A DNA stretch of 64,000 bases from Bacteroidaceae bacterium (lineage in GTDB: Bacteria > Bacteroidota > Bacteroidia > Bacteroidales > Bacteroidaceae), in assembly GCA_045644465.1 (NCBI GenBank), contig JAZRGV010000006.1, forward strand, positions 63,339-127,338, in the 5' to 3' direction. Made by a program: the position numbers and the translations under genes. A model generated the notes under the pieces. That model was given only the letters and a program-made list of their open reading frames with translations, did no database searches and had not been told where the DNA came from. Below, piece by piece: positions 1-9,618 of this stretch; the stretch's first letter is position 1, and each line of letters begins with the position of its first letter.

Positions 1-1356
1 TTTAATTTCGAATACATCCTTGCTGTTATAGCTCAGTGTCTTGCCCAGCTTATAGCGCAGGTTTGTGTTGGTGTTTTTGTCGCCAATAACCTTTGTCGGG
101 TTCTCAACCTGTATGCTTCCGTGGTCTGTGGTTATTACAACGGTGTAGTTGTTGTCGGCTAAATGATGGAACAGTTTCTTTATTGCCGAGTGCTTTATCC
201 ACGACAATGTTATTGAACGGTATGCCGCCTCGTTGGCTGCAAGTTCTCTCACCATTAGCGATTCTGTGCGTGCATGCGACAGCATGTCGATAAAGTTCAC
301 TACCAATACATTCAGGTCGTTATGCGAGAGGCTCTTGATGGTGTCAATATATTTCTCAGCCGCCGCAGATGTGATAACCTTGTCATAGGAGAAACGGTCC
401 TTTCTTCTGTATCTTGTTATCTGCGTTGCAATAAGCTCTTCTTCGTTGAGATTCTTGCCCTCTTCTTCCTCTTCATCTATCCATAGATGTGGGAACATCT
501 CCTTTATCTGGCTAGGCATCAGTCCCGAAAAGATAGCATTTCTTGCATATTGTGTCGCTGTAGGCAATATACTTGTATAAAGTTCTTCTTCAATAGCAAA
601 ATCGTTGCCAATCTCCTGGGCAAGCGCACGCCATTGGTCGTAGCGGAAATTGTCTATTATGATGAAGAAAACTTTTTCGCCTTTATCGATGAGAGGGAAT
701 ATGCGTTCTCTGAACAGGTCGTTGCTCATAAGAGGACGTTCCTCTCTGGGCGATGACATCCACTTAAGGTAGTTGTTCTTAATGAATCGTCCGAACATAT
801 TGTTCGCATCCTCTTTCTGCGATTTGAGCATTTCATGCATCTGCTCATCAGCTCTTTCAAGTTCCAACTCCCAATAGACGATTTTCTTGTATGCCTCTTT
901 CCATTCATCGATGGTGCGGGCATCACTTATCTGCATGGCAAGCTTTCCGAAGTTCTGCTGGTATGCGCTGTTTGCCTGCTCTGTTACAATCTCCTTGTGA
1001 TGTATGTTTTTCTTTAACGTAAGAAGTATCTGGTTGGGATTTACAGGCTTAATAAGATAATCGGCAATCTTTGAGCCGATAGCCTGCTCCATAATGTTCT
1101 CTTCTTCGCTCTTGGTAACCATTACAACCGGGGTTGATGGATGCATCTCCTTAATTACCGACAAGGTTTCAAGGCCGGTAAGTCCGGGCATGTTCTCATC
1201 TAGTAGTATAAGGTCGAACGAATTTGTCTTGCATGCCTCAATAGCATCAAGGCCATTGGTTACGGTGCTTACTTCGTAACCTTTGTTCTTTAGAAAAATA
1301 ATATGGGCGTTCAACAATTCTATTTCATCATCGGCCCAAAGCAATCTGTTCGCCAT
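1..1356 (-). CDS. porX: PorX-like T9SS response regulator (CheY receiver + PglZ/alkaline-phosphatase-like domain); 3' end cut by window edge
   Basis: Absent from the ORF track because it runs off the window. My reverse-complement translation from ATG 1356-1354 reads MANRLLWADDEIELLNAHIIFLKNKGYEVSTVTNGLDAIEACKTNSFDLILLDENMPGLTGLE (receiver), then FFIIIDNFRYDQWRAL ... VVITTDHGS (PglZ-type motifs). It stays open down to base 1. Confidence 0.8.
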   Translation of the reverse strand, partial: MANRLLWADDEIELLNAHIIFLKNKGYEVSTVTNGLDAIEACKTNSFDLILLDENMPGLTGLETLSVIKEMHPSTPVVMVTKSEEENIMEQAIGSKIADYLIKPVNPNQILLTLKKNIHHKEIVTEQANSAYQQNFGKLAMQISDARTIDEWKEAYKKIVYWELELERADEQMHEMLKSQKEDANNMFGRFIKNNYLKWMSSPREERPLMSNDLFRERIFPLIDKGEKVFFIIIDNFRYDQWRALAQEIGNDFAIEEELYTSILPTATQYARNAIFSGLMPSQIKEMFPHLWIDEEEEEGKNLNEEELIATQITRYRRKDRFSYDKVITSAAAEKYIDTIKSLSHNDLNVLVVNFIDMLSHARTESLMVRELAANEAAYRSITLSWIKHSAIKKLFHHLADNNYTVVITTDHGSIQVENPTKVIGDKNTNTNLRYKLGKTLSYNSKDVFEIK

Positions 1357-1372
1357 ATATTTGTTTCTTGTT

Positions 1373-4186
1373 TTATTCGTTATTCAGCTCTTTATAGTCA
1401 GGTTCATCGAGAGTGTATCCGTCAATCTCTACTTCCGGTATTGCAAGCATGCTGTTCTCGTAGAAATCTAGATAATCTCCGAAACTATAGTATTTCAATA
1501 ACAAGTCGAGATTGGTTTTTGATATAATCATTGAGTTTATTCCTTCGAGAAGTTTTGCCATATCGCCGTTCTCGTATAGACGCTTGCGGTAAAGGAAAGC
1601 CTCGTCAAAATTCATAAACTCTTTAATCTCGAACAGTGTTATCTCGGCAAATTTTTCAAAGCTCATGTCAAAATTACGCACCATATAGCGCGAGAAGTTG
1701 TATCGTGCTATCTCGAACAACAACCTTTTCTCATCAATTGAGTCGTTGGGGAACGCCAAAACAAAGTAATACGCTTCGTTTCTGTTGGTCGAGAACGATG
1801 GAACACTATCGCTATTGCTCTTGATTGTACCGTCGGCCTTCTTATCCCAAATTGATGTAGTTATTCCGCTTTGCAGCAGTCGGCCCTCTTTTATTCCTGT
1901 AGATATGTTTCCCGCGATGGAACTTATGCTGTCGTTGCCGTATGCCGATACAAGTTTTTCAAGAACTTCAAGGGCTTTCTCTTGCTTGCCACCATAGAGT
2001 TTTGACATAGCATCTATGAACATGAAACGTGCACGGTGCTTGCCTTGTGGGTATTTTGTTTCGGCAATGCTGTTCTCTTCTTCAACTTTTTCGTATTCTT
2101 TGTCGATATAATGTCTGTATGCTTTTACATACATGGAGTCCTCTTTGTTGGCGCGTGTCGCAGCATCGTCAAAGAAGTCGGGCTGTTGTATGGCCTTGGT
2201 GAATGAGCTGTCGGGATAACCGGCAATGAGCAGGTTCCTGTAGTGCTCGGCTTTTTCGGGTTCATTCCATCTCGAGCCGGCAATGAACAACTGGTAATAT
2301 GTCTCTGCCATACGCTCAAATTCGGGATGCTCGTTTACAATGCGCTCAAGGTATGATATTGTCAGTTCTTTCTCTCCTGCGTTGTCCTTGAATCTTACTC
2401 CGGCCTCGAAGAGAGCATCGCGCAGAGCGCTATTTGCAGCTTCTTTTTCTTCGTCGGTGTCGGGTATCTGCTGTATGTAATATTCGCGAGTGGTTGGGTC
2501 TGTTGCCATTTCTTCAATTTCCTCCTCTACGACCTCTTCAAGGGTAATGCTGTCGTTGTCGGCTACAAACTCTTCTTCTTCGTTGTATATGTCGGTGGTG
2601 TCTGTCGGTATGGTGTCGTTGCTCATGAGCGACGATATCTCATGGCTGAAACGCCAATAATCCTTCAAAGCTCTGTCTCCCCATTTCTGTTTGAAAGTAC
2701 GAAGTCCCTGTGATACTATTTGTTTGTTATAGAAATACCATTGTGCCTTTTCATTCATATCGGGTATGCTCAAGTCCATAGACATATCATCCATGACATT
2801 GTCGCCCCCCTCTTCACGTTTCAGTTTCTTCTCTTCCTTTTTTCTAAGTTCCTCTTTTCTCTTCTCTTCTTTTATGAGTTCGTCGATGATAGGGTATAAC
2901 TGCTCCGGTTGTAACGTTGCCCAATATAGTAGTTCGTCCTGCTTTTCAATGATGTCGGTATATTCAATAATGTCGCCCAGCACATCGTTGCGGAACTTAA
3001 CCATCTCGTAATCGTCGTGTTCCTCTTCTATCAGTGGCAAGGCCTTTGAGTAGTTCTCGTGTGCTTTTGAGAATCTCTCCATCTCCCAATATATTTTAGC
3101 CAAAGACAAATGCAACATGGCTGTTCCATATCCGCTTGTCGCTCCGTCGGCAACACCAGTCTCATATGCTCTTATTGCTTCTACGGTGTCGCCCTGGCTC
3201 ATGTAAATATTGCCTATGGCATAATTTATCTGCGAAAGATACTCCTTGTTCTTTGGCGACTTTGCCATTTTCTTCAGTTTGCGTAGTATCTTTTTGTGGT
3301 TCTCGTCTGTAGCCGTTTCTGTTTGTCGTATGCGGGCATTGAACTCAAGTTCATAGGGTGGACTTTTTGCTATAGTCTTTCCAAAACTCTTGTATGCCTC
3401 TTGCATCTCGCCGTTTTGGGCATAAAGCTGGCCAAGCAAGTATTGTTCTCTTGCTTTGTCCATATTTGTGGTTCCTTTACGTCCTATTCCGGTCTTGACA
3501 TATTCAATGGCTTCGTTGTTTCTGTTCTGCTTGAGTAACAAGTTGCCTTTTGCACGTGCATATTCTTTCTCCAACGATTTGGGTATTGAGTCGCGTTGTG
3601 TGCGTATCAGAATGTCTTCGGCTTCGTATAGCCACTCCATCTCGGTATAGCATTGAGCCAGTCCTATACGTGCCCTTGCTACAATGTCGGGATTGGTTTC
3701 GTATAGTTTTGTTATGTATATGTATGTACTTGCGGCTTCTGTGAACTCGCCTTTCTGGAATTGTGAATTGGCCATAAGAAACCATGCTTTCCATAAGAAT
3801 GGGTTGAACTCCTTTTGTGAGTAGAATAGTTTCTGCTTCTCGGACAATTTTTTGCCGGTAGGTTTCTTTGGTCTTTTCTTTATGGAGTGGTTTTTAATCG
3901 CTTTTTGTGCCTTTTCGATAGCTCTATCATAGTTGTTCCCGCCAATTCTTTTGGTGTTCTTGTTACTTATGATAAGCAATGGTAACTGTTCAAGGTAATT
4001 ATCCTTATGGCCACTTGATTGTGCCTTTATACCTTGTTTGTATGCGAGGTCGCCATTGTAGTATGTGTTGTATCTTGCGGTAAATGCATGGTATGCGCGG
4101 GTAGTTGCATTGTTTTTGCGTCCCGAGCAACTGAATAGTGAAACAATGACAAGCAGGGCTATTATATGTATTATTTTCTTTGTCAC
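1373..4186 (-). CDS. porW: TPR-repeat lipoprotein, PorW/SprE-like (T9SS periplasmic lipoprotein)
   Basis: 937-aa ORF with a GTG start. Lipobox LFSC. The N-terminal motif RAYHAFTARYNTYYNGDLAY matches what I remember of SprE/PorW. TPR-like repeats run throughout, with an acidic/charged central region. The CDS is certain; the PorW identity rests on memory of the family. Confidence 0.6.
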   Translation of the reverse strand: MTKKIIHIIALLVIVSLFSCSGRKNNATTRAYHAFTARYNTYYNGDLAYKQGIKAQSSGHKDNYLEQLPLLIISNKNTKRIGGNNYDRAIEKAQKAIKNHSIKKRPKKPTGKKLSEKQKLFYSQKEFNPFLWKAWFLMANSQFQKGEFTEAASTYIYITKLYETNPDIVARARIGLAQCYTEMEWLYEAEDILIRTQRDSIPKSLEKEYARAKGNLLLKQNRNNEAIEYVKTGIGRKGTTNMDKAREQYLLGQLYAQNGEMQEAYKSFGKTIAKSPPYELEFNARIRQTETATDENHKKILRKLKKMAKSPKNKEYLSQINYAIGNIYMSQGDTVEAIRAYETGVADGATSGYGTAMLHLSLAKIYWEMERFSKAHENYSKALPLIEEEHDDYEMVKFRNDVLGDIIEYTDIIEKQDELLYWATLQPEQLYPIIDELIKEEKRKEELRKKEEKKLKREEGGDNVMDDMSMDLSIPDMNEKAQWYFYNKQIVSQGLRTFKQKWGDRALKDYWRFSHEISSLMSNDTIPTDTTDIYNEEEEFVADNDSITLEEVVEEEIEEMATDPTTREYYIQQIPDTDEEKEAANSALRDALFEAGVRFKDNAGEKELTISYLERIVNEHPEFERMAETYYQLFIAGSRWNEPEKAEHYRNLLIAGYPDSSFTKAIQQPDFFDDAATRANKEDSMYVKAYRHYIDKEYEKVEEENSIAETKYPQGKHRARFMFIDAMSKLYGGKQEKALEVLEKLVSAYGNDSISSIAGNISTGIKEGRLLQSGITTSIWDKKADGTIKSNSDSVPSFSTNRNEAYYFVLAFPNDSIDEKRLLFEIARYNFSRYMVRNFDMSFEKFAEITLFEIKEFMNFDEAFLYRKRLYENGDMAKLLEGINSMIISKTNLDLLLKYYSFGDYLDFYENSMLAIPEVEIDGYTLDEPDYKELNNE

Positions 4187-4259
4187 AATATTGCTTTATA
4201 ATATAAATATTATAACTCAAACAAGGCTTTTTTATTGTGTGGGAAAAGAACTCTTTGCT

Positions 4260-4637
4260 TTATTGCAACATGAGCAGGACTTCATCCTTTATCTCTTGTG
4301 GGATATCTATGCCTCGTGTTTGCAGACAGTGTACCCATGTGTCAATCTCTTCGGTCTTCATAGTGTACAGCACGTGCCTGAACTCTTCAATGTCGGCTTC
4401 GGTGTAATCTTCCTGTCTTGTACCCTTGAAACGGTCTAGTTCTTCATCATCGAAATAAAGGTTATCGGTGTTGTAGCCTTTGGAGCAATTGGAGTGCTTG
4501 CCACAGCATTCTCCATCTTCGTTGTCATGGTTGTGATGGTCTTCAACGACTACTCGGTTGCGTTGTGATTTGTGCAGAAAAATAAATCCTGCCACTATAA
4601 GAACTAATATGCCTATAAGAACTATTGTGTTGTTCAT
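4260..4637 (-). CDS. hypothetical single-pass membrane protein with a His/Cys-rich segment
   Basis: 125-aa ORF. N-terminal TM helix (IVLIGILVLIVAGFIFL), then HHNHDNEDGECCGKHSNC, then an acidic C-terminal domain. No family recognised. Confidence 0.6.
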   Translation of the reverse strand: MNNTIVLIGILVLIVAGFIFLHKSQRNRVVVEDHHNHDNEDGECCGKHSNCSKGYNTDNLYFDDEELDRFKGTRQEDYTEADIEEFRHVLYTMKTEEIDTWVHCLQTRGIDIPQEIKDEVLLMLQ

Positions 4638-4973
4638 GAATACTATATATATTTAAAAAAATGTATTGTACAAAGTTATCAAATAAAATCGAGCTTTTAT
4701 CAATTTAGATGTTTAAAATTTGCGGTGTTGTTCCTATATATTTAATGATAGCAGAAACTCTTTTATGCTATGACAAAATGGTATAAATATGTTTTTTGAC
4801 TGAATGTAGGCGAAAATAAATTTTTTCTCTCTTTTTTATAAAAAAAGCGCCTTATTGTTATCTTTTTTAAATATAAATTGTATCTTCGCTCCGCTTGTAG
4901 CATTAGTTTGCAAAATGTTTTGTGAATAACAAAATGACAGATATTTAATTACTAATTAATTACAATAAATAAA

Positions 4974-5558
4974 ATGGATAAATTCAGCTATGGCCTAGGT
5001 ATGGGTATAGGTCAAAATTTGCAATCAATGGGAATCAGCAATATGAGTATTGAAGATTTCATGAAGGGAATCAGCGATGTTCTTGCAGGTGGTAAAACAG
5101 AGATGACACATGCCGAGGCACAGAAGGTTGTCAATGATCACTTCAGAGCGCTTGCCGAAGAGGCGTATGCTCAGAACAAGAAATCAGGTGAGGCTTTTCT
5201 CGCGGAGAATGCAAAGAAAGAGGGTGTTACAGTGTTGCCAAGTGGCTTGCAGTATCAGATAATTACTGAGGGTAATGGCAAGAAACCGTCTGCGACCGAT
5301 CGTGTTCAGTGTCATTATGAGGGCACTCTCATCGATGGAACAATTTTTGATAGTTCAATCAAGCGTGGCGAGCCTGCTGTTTTTGGTGTAAATCAGGTTA
5401 TTAAAGGTTGGGTTGAGGCACTCCAGCTTATGCAGGAAGGTGCAAAATGGCGCCTTTATATCCCTTATGACATGGCATACGGTGAGCATGGAGCTGGCGA
5501 GATGATTCCTCCTTATAGTGCATTGATTTTTGATGTTGAACTTATAAAAGTTCTTTAA
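4974..5558 (+). CDS. FKBP-type peptidyl-prolyl cis-trans isomerase
   Basis: 194 aa. The C-terminal FKBP domain motifs are clear: VQCHYEGTLIDGTIFDSS..GEPAVFGVNQVIKGWVEALQLM..YGEHGAGEMIPPYSALIFDVELI. Confidence 0.9.
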   Translation: MDKFSYGLGMGIGQNLQSMGISNMSIEDFMKGISDVLAGGKTEMTHAEAQKVVNDHFRALAEEAYAQNKKSGEAFLAENAKKEGVTVLPSGLQYQIITEGNGKKPSATDRVQCHYEGTLIDGTIFDSSIKRGEPAVFGVNQVIKGWVEALQLMQEGAKWRLYIPYDMAYGEHGAGEMIPPYSALIFDVELIKVL

Positions 5559-5566
5559 AGATTGTA

Positions 5567-6397
5567 ATGTCTCGTTCAAGAAAAATATTCATATACTTTT
5601 CTTTTCTTTTCTTCATTCTTGTATCCTGTAACACTCCTGTAAAGGATAGAAAGGTAGAGCTGAAAAATGCAAGCGATTCCATATCGTTTGCAGTAAGTAT
5701 GCTCATTGCAGAAGATATGCCGGTGGCAATGAAAGAATTGGGGATAAATGAAGAGACACTCGATGATTTTCTTCGAGGAATAAGGGATGCCTTTCCTTTA
5801 AACGCTTCTCCTCAAGCAACAGCCTATGCACAGGGCATGCTTATGGCTGCATCGGCAATGGACATGCTTGAGCGTGCAAACGAGGCTATATATCCCAGTG
5901 ATACCATCAACAAGGTTGATCGTAAATATTTTTTGGAGGGAATCATTGCCACAGCTTATGGCACAGGCAAGACTATGACAACCGAAGAGGCAAAAGATTA
6001 CTATAACAATAGGGTTTTCCGTTCGGTAAGCGACGAGTTCATGTCAAGAAATATGCAACGTCCTGGCGTAACAACGTTACCTTCGGGGCTTCAATACAAG
6101 ATTGAAGTTATGGGTACAGGTAGCATCGCCGGTTATTTCGATACGGTAGATTGTATCTATAAGGGAACTTTCCCAAACGGTGCTGTATTTGACTCTTCGC
6201 GTAACGAGGTCGTTGCGCTACAGGTACGTACCCTGATTCCGGGGCTTGCCGAGGCTCTTACGACACTTCCGGTAGGTACGGTATGTAAATTGTATATCCC
6301 ATGGGAGTTGGCATATGGTAAAGAGGGTGCCCGTGCAGTGCCTCCATACAGCGCACTTGTGTATGACATCGAGATTAAAGGTATCGTAAACAAATGA
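5567..6397 (+). CDS. FKBP-type peptidyl-prolyl isomerase, lipoprotein
   Basis: 276 aa. Signal peptide with lipobox (ILVSC). C-terminal FKBP domain: VDCIYKGTFPNGAVFDSS..LIPGLAEAL..YGKEGARAVPPYSALVYDIEI. Confidence 0.9.
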   Translation: MSRSRKIFIYFSFLFFILVSCNTPVKDRKVELKNASDSISFAVSMLIAEDMPVAMKELGINEETLDDFLRGIRDAFPLNASPQATAYAQGMLMAASAMDMLERANEAIYPSDTINKVDRKYFLEGIIATAYGTGKTMTTEEAKDYYNNRVFRSVSDEFMSRNMQRPGVTTLPSGLQYKIEVMGTGSIAGYFDTVDCIYKGTFPNGAVFDSSRNEVVALQVRTLIPGLAEALTTLPVGTVCKLYIPWELAYGKEGARAVPPYSALVYDIEIKGIVNK

Positions 6398-6425
6398 AAA
6401 AACACATAACAAATAATTAACCAAA

Positions 6426-6893
6426 ATGAAAAACGTAGAATGTAAGGTCGATGCACTTGACCTTAAGATTCTTAGCATCATTTCAAAGGATGCAAGAATT
6501 CCTTTCCGCAATGTTGCGGAACTATGCGGAGTGTCGCGCGCCGCAATACACTTGCGTGTACAGCACCTTATTGATATGGGTATAATATCGGGCTCAGGAT
6601 ATGAAATAGACTTCCGTCGTCTCGGTTACAAAACCTGTACATATATTGGCATACGTCTTGAACGTGGTTCAATGTATAAGGATGTTGTAGAGCAATTGCG
6701 CCAGGTCCCCGAAGTTGTAGAATGCTGTTATACAACAGGTCCATATTCAATTATTGCCCGTATGTATTCGCATGACAATGAGCATCTTATGCAATTGTTG
6801 AATACCAAGGTGCAGGAGATACCCGGTGTTATAAGCACAGAAACAATGATTGTGCTTGATAATAGTATCAAGCGCAATATGCCAATGGAATAA
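6426..6893 (+). CDS. Lrp/AsnC family transcriptional regulator
   Basis: 155 aa. N-terminal HTH (LDLKILSIISKDARIPFRNVAELCGVSRAAIHLRVQHL) plus a C-terminal RAM/AsnC ligand-binding fold. Confidence 0.9.
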   Translation: MKNVECKVDALDLKILSIISKDARIPFRNVAELCGVSRAAIHLRVQHLIDMGIISGSGYEIDFRRLGYKTCTYIGIRLERGSMYKDVVEQLRQVPEVVECCYTTGPYSIIARMYSHDNEHLMQLLNTKVQEIPGVISTETMIVLDNSIKRNMPME

Positions 6894-6910
6894 ATATGTA
6901 AAAAACAAGT

Positions 6911-6950
6911 ACCCCACACAGCCATTGCTTTGCGATTGTTGTGTGGGGTA
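6911..6950 (+). terminator. hairpin downstream of the Lrp-family gene
   Basis: accccacaca (6911-6920) is the exact reverse complement of tgtgtggggt (6941-6950), with a 20-nt loop. It lies 18 nt after the stop codon. No clear T-run follows. Confidence 0.45.
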
Positions 6951-6962
6951 TGTCATAATGTT

Positions 6963-8714
6963 ATGATGGATAAGTTCGATATAAATGGTGAGTATAGGCA
7001 AATGCTTTTTCGTTTCCCTATGGGCACAACCTCGCCTGTTATTGGCATAACGGCAAACTTTCGCGATGGCAATGCAGCTGTTGCCGAGGCCTACTATGCT
7101 TCTGTGCTTGAGGCTGGTGGAACTCCATTGATAATACCGCCATACGCAAACCGTAATGCTCTTGTAGAGACATTAAAGCATCTCGACGGACTATTGTTTA
7201 CCGGTGGTGCCGATATTGATCCACGATATATGGGTGTGGAGCCCGATTATTCCTTGCTCCATACCATAAATCCAAAACGCGATGAGCAGGAATTATTGCT
7301 TGTGTTGCTTGCTATTGATATGAATATCCCTATTTTGGGTGTATGTCGCGGAATGCAACTCCTTGCAGCAGCTTTGGGTGGTACGGTGCATCAAGATATA
7401 TATGCCGCTCTTGGTAAAGGATTACTGAACCATGACCAAGAACCGGTAGAGCGTTATGTGGCTACGCACGATGTCGCGATAGTAAAGGATAGCCTTTTAT
7501 ATAGAATTTTTGGTCGCGAACCCCTTTCGGTGAACACATTTCATCATCAGGCTGTCGGCGATGTACCGTCGGGCTTTAGAGTGGTGGCAACAGCTCCCGA
7601 TGGCGTTATAGAAGGAATGGAAGCTGTGGATGGGCGTGTGGCGCTTGCTGTACAATGGCATCCGGAACCGTTTATTCTTAACGGCGACCGTTGTATGATG
7701 CCGCTCTTTAAATGGTTTGTAGGTGAGGCTTCTCTTTATCGCCGTTCGCGCGAGATTCATTCACGCATAGTGTCAATAGATTCGCATTGTGATACTCCTA
7801 TGCTTTTTGCTCAAGGTTATGAGATGTATGAGCGTAGCGATGTAGCTCTTGTCGATTTGCATAAGATGCATGAGGGAGCGCTTGATGTTACCACCATGGT
7901 TGCTTATCTCAAACAGGGTGCGCGTGACAAAGCGTCGCTTGCTGCGGCAACAGAAGAAGCAGATAAATTGTTGCAGGGTATTGCGGACAAGGTGGAACGT
8001 AGTGGTGGCGAGGCTGTCTTGTGCTACAGCCCAAGTGAGTTACCGGCTGTTAAGAAAGCTGGTAAGAAGGTTGTTATGCGTGCCATAGAGAATGGTTATG
8101 CTATAGGTAAGGATTTGTCGAACATTGAACGCTTTCGCAATATGGGAGTTGTTTATATGACACTCTGTCACAATGGCGACAATGATATATGCGATTCGGC
8201 ACGTGGCAATGCCGAGCATGGCGGTCTTAGTGCTTTTGGAAAGGATGTGGTACGTGAGATGAATCGTGTGGGTATGCTTATAGATCTCTCTCATGCGGCC
8301 GAGAGTACCTTCTGGCAAGTCTTGGAGCTGAGTGAGAAGCCTGTTGTATGTTCCCACTCTTCGTGCAAGGCTTTATGTAATCATCCGCGCAACCTTTCCG
8401 ATGAGCAGTTGAAAGCTATCGCAGATAAAGGAGGAGTAGTGCAGATTACTATGTATAGCGGCTTTTTGCGCGAAGAGGGTGAGGCAACTCTTGATGATTT
8501 TATTTCACATCTTGAGCATGCCATAAAGGTAGCAGGTATAGACCATGTAGGAATAGGAACCGACTTTGACGGTGATGGCGTAGTTGTTGGTTGTCGCAGT
8601 GCTTCCCAACTACTTAATGTAACAAGAGAATTGTTGCGCCGTGGCTATGAAGAGTCTGATATTGAGAAGATTTGGGGTGCAAATTGGCTACGCGTGTTGC
8701 AGGCTGTACGATGA
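6963..8714 (+). CDS. fusion protein: class-I glutamine amidotransferase-like gamma-glutamyl hydrolase (peptidase C26, PuuD-like) + membrane-dipeptidase family (peptidase M19)
   Basis: N-terminal half: VIGITANF..GGADIDP..ILGVCRGMQLL..FHHQAV..VQWHPE. C-terminal half: SIDSHCDTP..MTLCHNGDNDICDS..LIDLSHA..CSHSS..GIGTDFDG. I start at ATG 6963 because the track's TTG at 6930 lies inside the upstream hairpin. Confidence 0.85.
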   Translation: MMDKFDINGEYRQMLFRFPMGTTSPVIGITANFRDGNAAVAEAYYASVLEAGGTPLIIPPYANRNALVETLKHLDGLLFTGGADIDPRYMGVEPDYSLLHTINPKRDEQELLLVLLAIDMNIPILGVCRGMQLLAAALGGTVHQDIYAALGKGLLNHDQEPVERYVATHDVAIVKDSLLYRIFGREPLSVNTFHHQAVGDVPSGFRVVATAPDGVIEGMEAVDGRVALAVQWHPEPFILNGDRCMMPLFKWFVGEASLYRRSREIHSRIVSIDSHCDTPMLFAQGYEMYERSDVALVDLHKMHEGALDVTTMVAYLKQGARDKASLAAATEEADKLLQGIADKVERSGGEAVLCYSPSELPAVKKAGKKVVMRAIENGYAIGKDLSNIERFRNMGVVYMTLCHNGDNDICDSARGNAEHGGLSAFGKDVVREMNRVGMLIDLSHAAESTFWQVLELSEKPVVCSHSSCKALCNHPRNLSDEQLKAIADKGGVVQITMYSGFLREEGEATLDDFISHLEHAIKVAGIDHVGIGTDFDGDGVVVGCRSASQLLNVTRELLRRGYEESDIEKIWGANWLRVLQAVR

Positions 8715-8821
8715 TTCTTGTAAAAATAGCTCTATTAATTGTCTATTATTAAATATTATTACCTTTGTGTATGTATTGGAGCAATGAGACATTTTGATAG
8801 CATAATTTAAACTGAAATTGA

Positions 8822-9562
8822 ATGAATACTACCGACAATAAACGAACAAATACTCTTAAGGACCCTATGGGGCAGGCTATACATGATTTCTATCATACGG
8901 GCAAGGCGGCTAAATTGCGAGTGATTTCTTCTATGTTCTATGAGGATGAGATACCTGTAAAGACACTTTTCCGTTCTTTCGACAATATGCCTATACAGGA
9001 ACGTAAGGCTATAGAATTGTGTCGCGGAAGAGTGCTTGATGTTGGTGCCGGCTCAGGTTGTCATAGCATAGTGTTGAAGGAACGTGGCCATGATGTGGTG
9101 GCCATAGACATTTCCCAACTGTCGGTGGATGTTATGAAAGAGAGGGGCGTGAATGCACTGAATGTGAATTTCTTTGACGAGACGTTTGTAGAGAAGTTCG
9201 ATACATTGCTTTTTGCCATGAATGGTATAGGTATTGTTGGTAAGGTTGAACGCCTTGAGATGTTTTTCCGTAGCGCACGTCGACTACTTGCTCCTGGTGG
9301 CCAACTGTTGCTTGATTCGTCCGATATCAGTTATGTGTTTATGGATGAGGATGGATCAATGGATATTGACCTTGCAGCAGGATATTTTGGTGAGATAGAC
9401 TATACTATGCGATATAAGAACATAAAAGGTGAGCCTTTCGACTGGTTATATATTGATTTTGATACATTGTCGATGTATGCCGAGGAAAACGGTTTTAAAT
9501 GTGAGATGTGTGTCGAAGGTGAGCACTACGACTATCTTGCACGGCTTACACTTAATGCTTGA
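8822..9562 (+). CDS. class I SAM-dependent methyltransferase
   Basis: 246 aa with SAM-binding motif I: VLDVGAGSGCHSIVL. Confidence 0.8.
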   Translation: MNTTDNKRTNTLKDPMGQAIHDFYHTGKAAKLRVISSMFYEDEIPVKTLFRSFDNMPIQERKAIELCRGRVLDVGAGSGCHSIVLKERGHDVVAIDISQLSVDVMKERGVNALNVNFFDETFVEKFDTLLFAMNGIGIVGKVERLEMFFRSARRLLAPGGQLLLDSSDISYVFMDEDGSMDIDLAAGYFGEIDYTMRYKNIKGEPFDWLYIDFDTLSMYAEENGFKCEMCVEGEHYDYLARLTLNA

Positions 9563-9568
9563 ATATAG

Positions 9569-9612
9569 AGGACTAGAAAGGCGGAAGAATTTTCTTCCGC
9601 CTTTCTAGTCCT
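9569..9612. terminator. bidirectional rho-independent terminator between convergent genes
   Basis: aggactagaaaggcggaagaa / ttcttccgcctttctagtcct is a perfect 21-nt inverted repeat around a tt centre, followed by tatttttt. Confidence 0.85.
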
Positions 9613-9618
9613 TATTTT

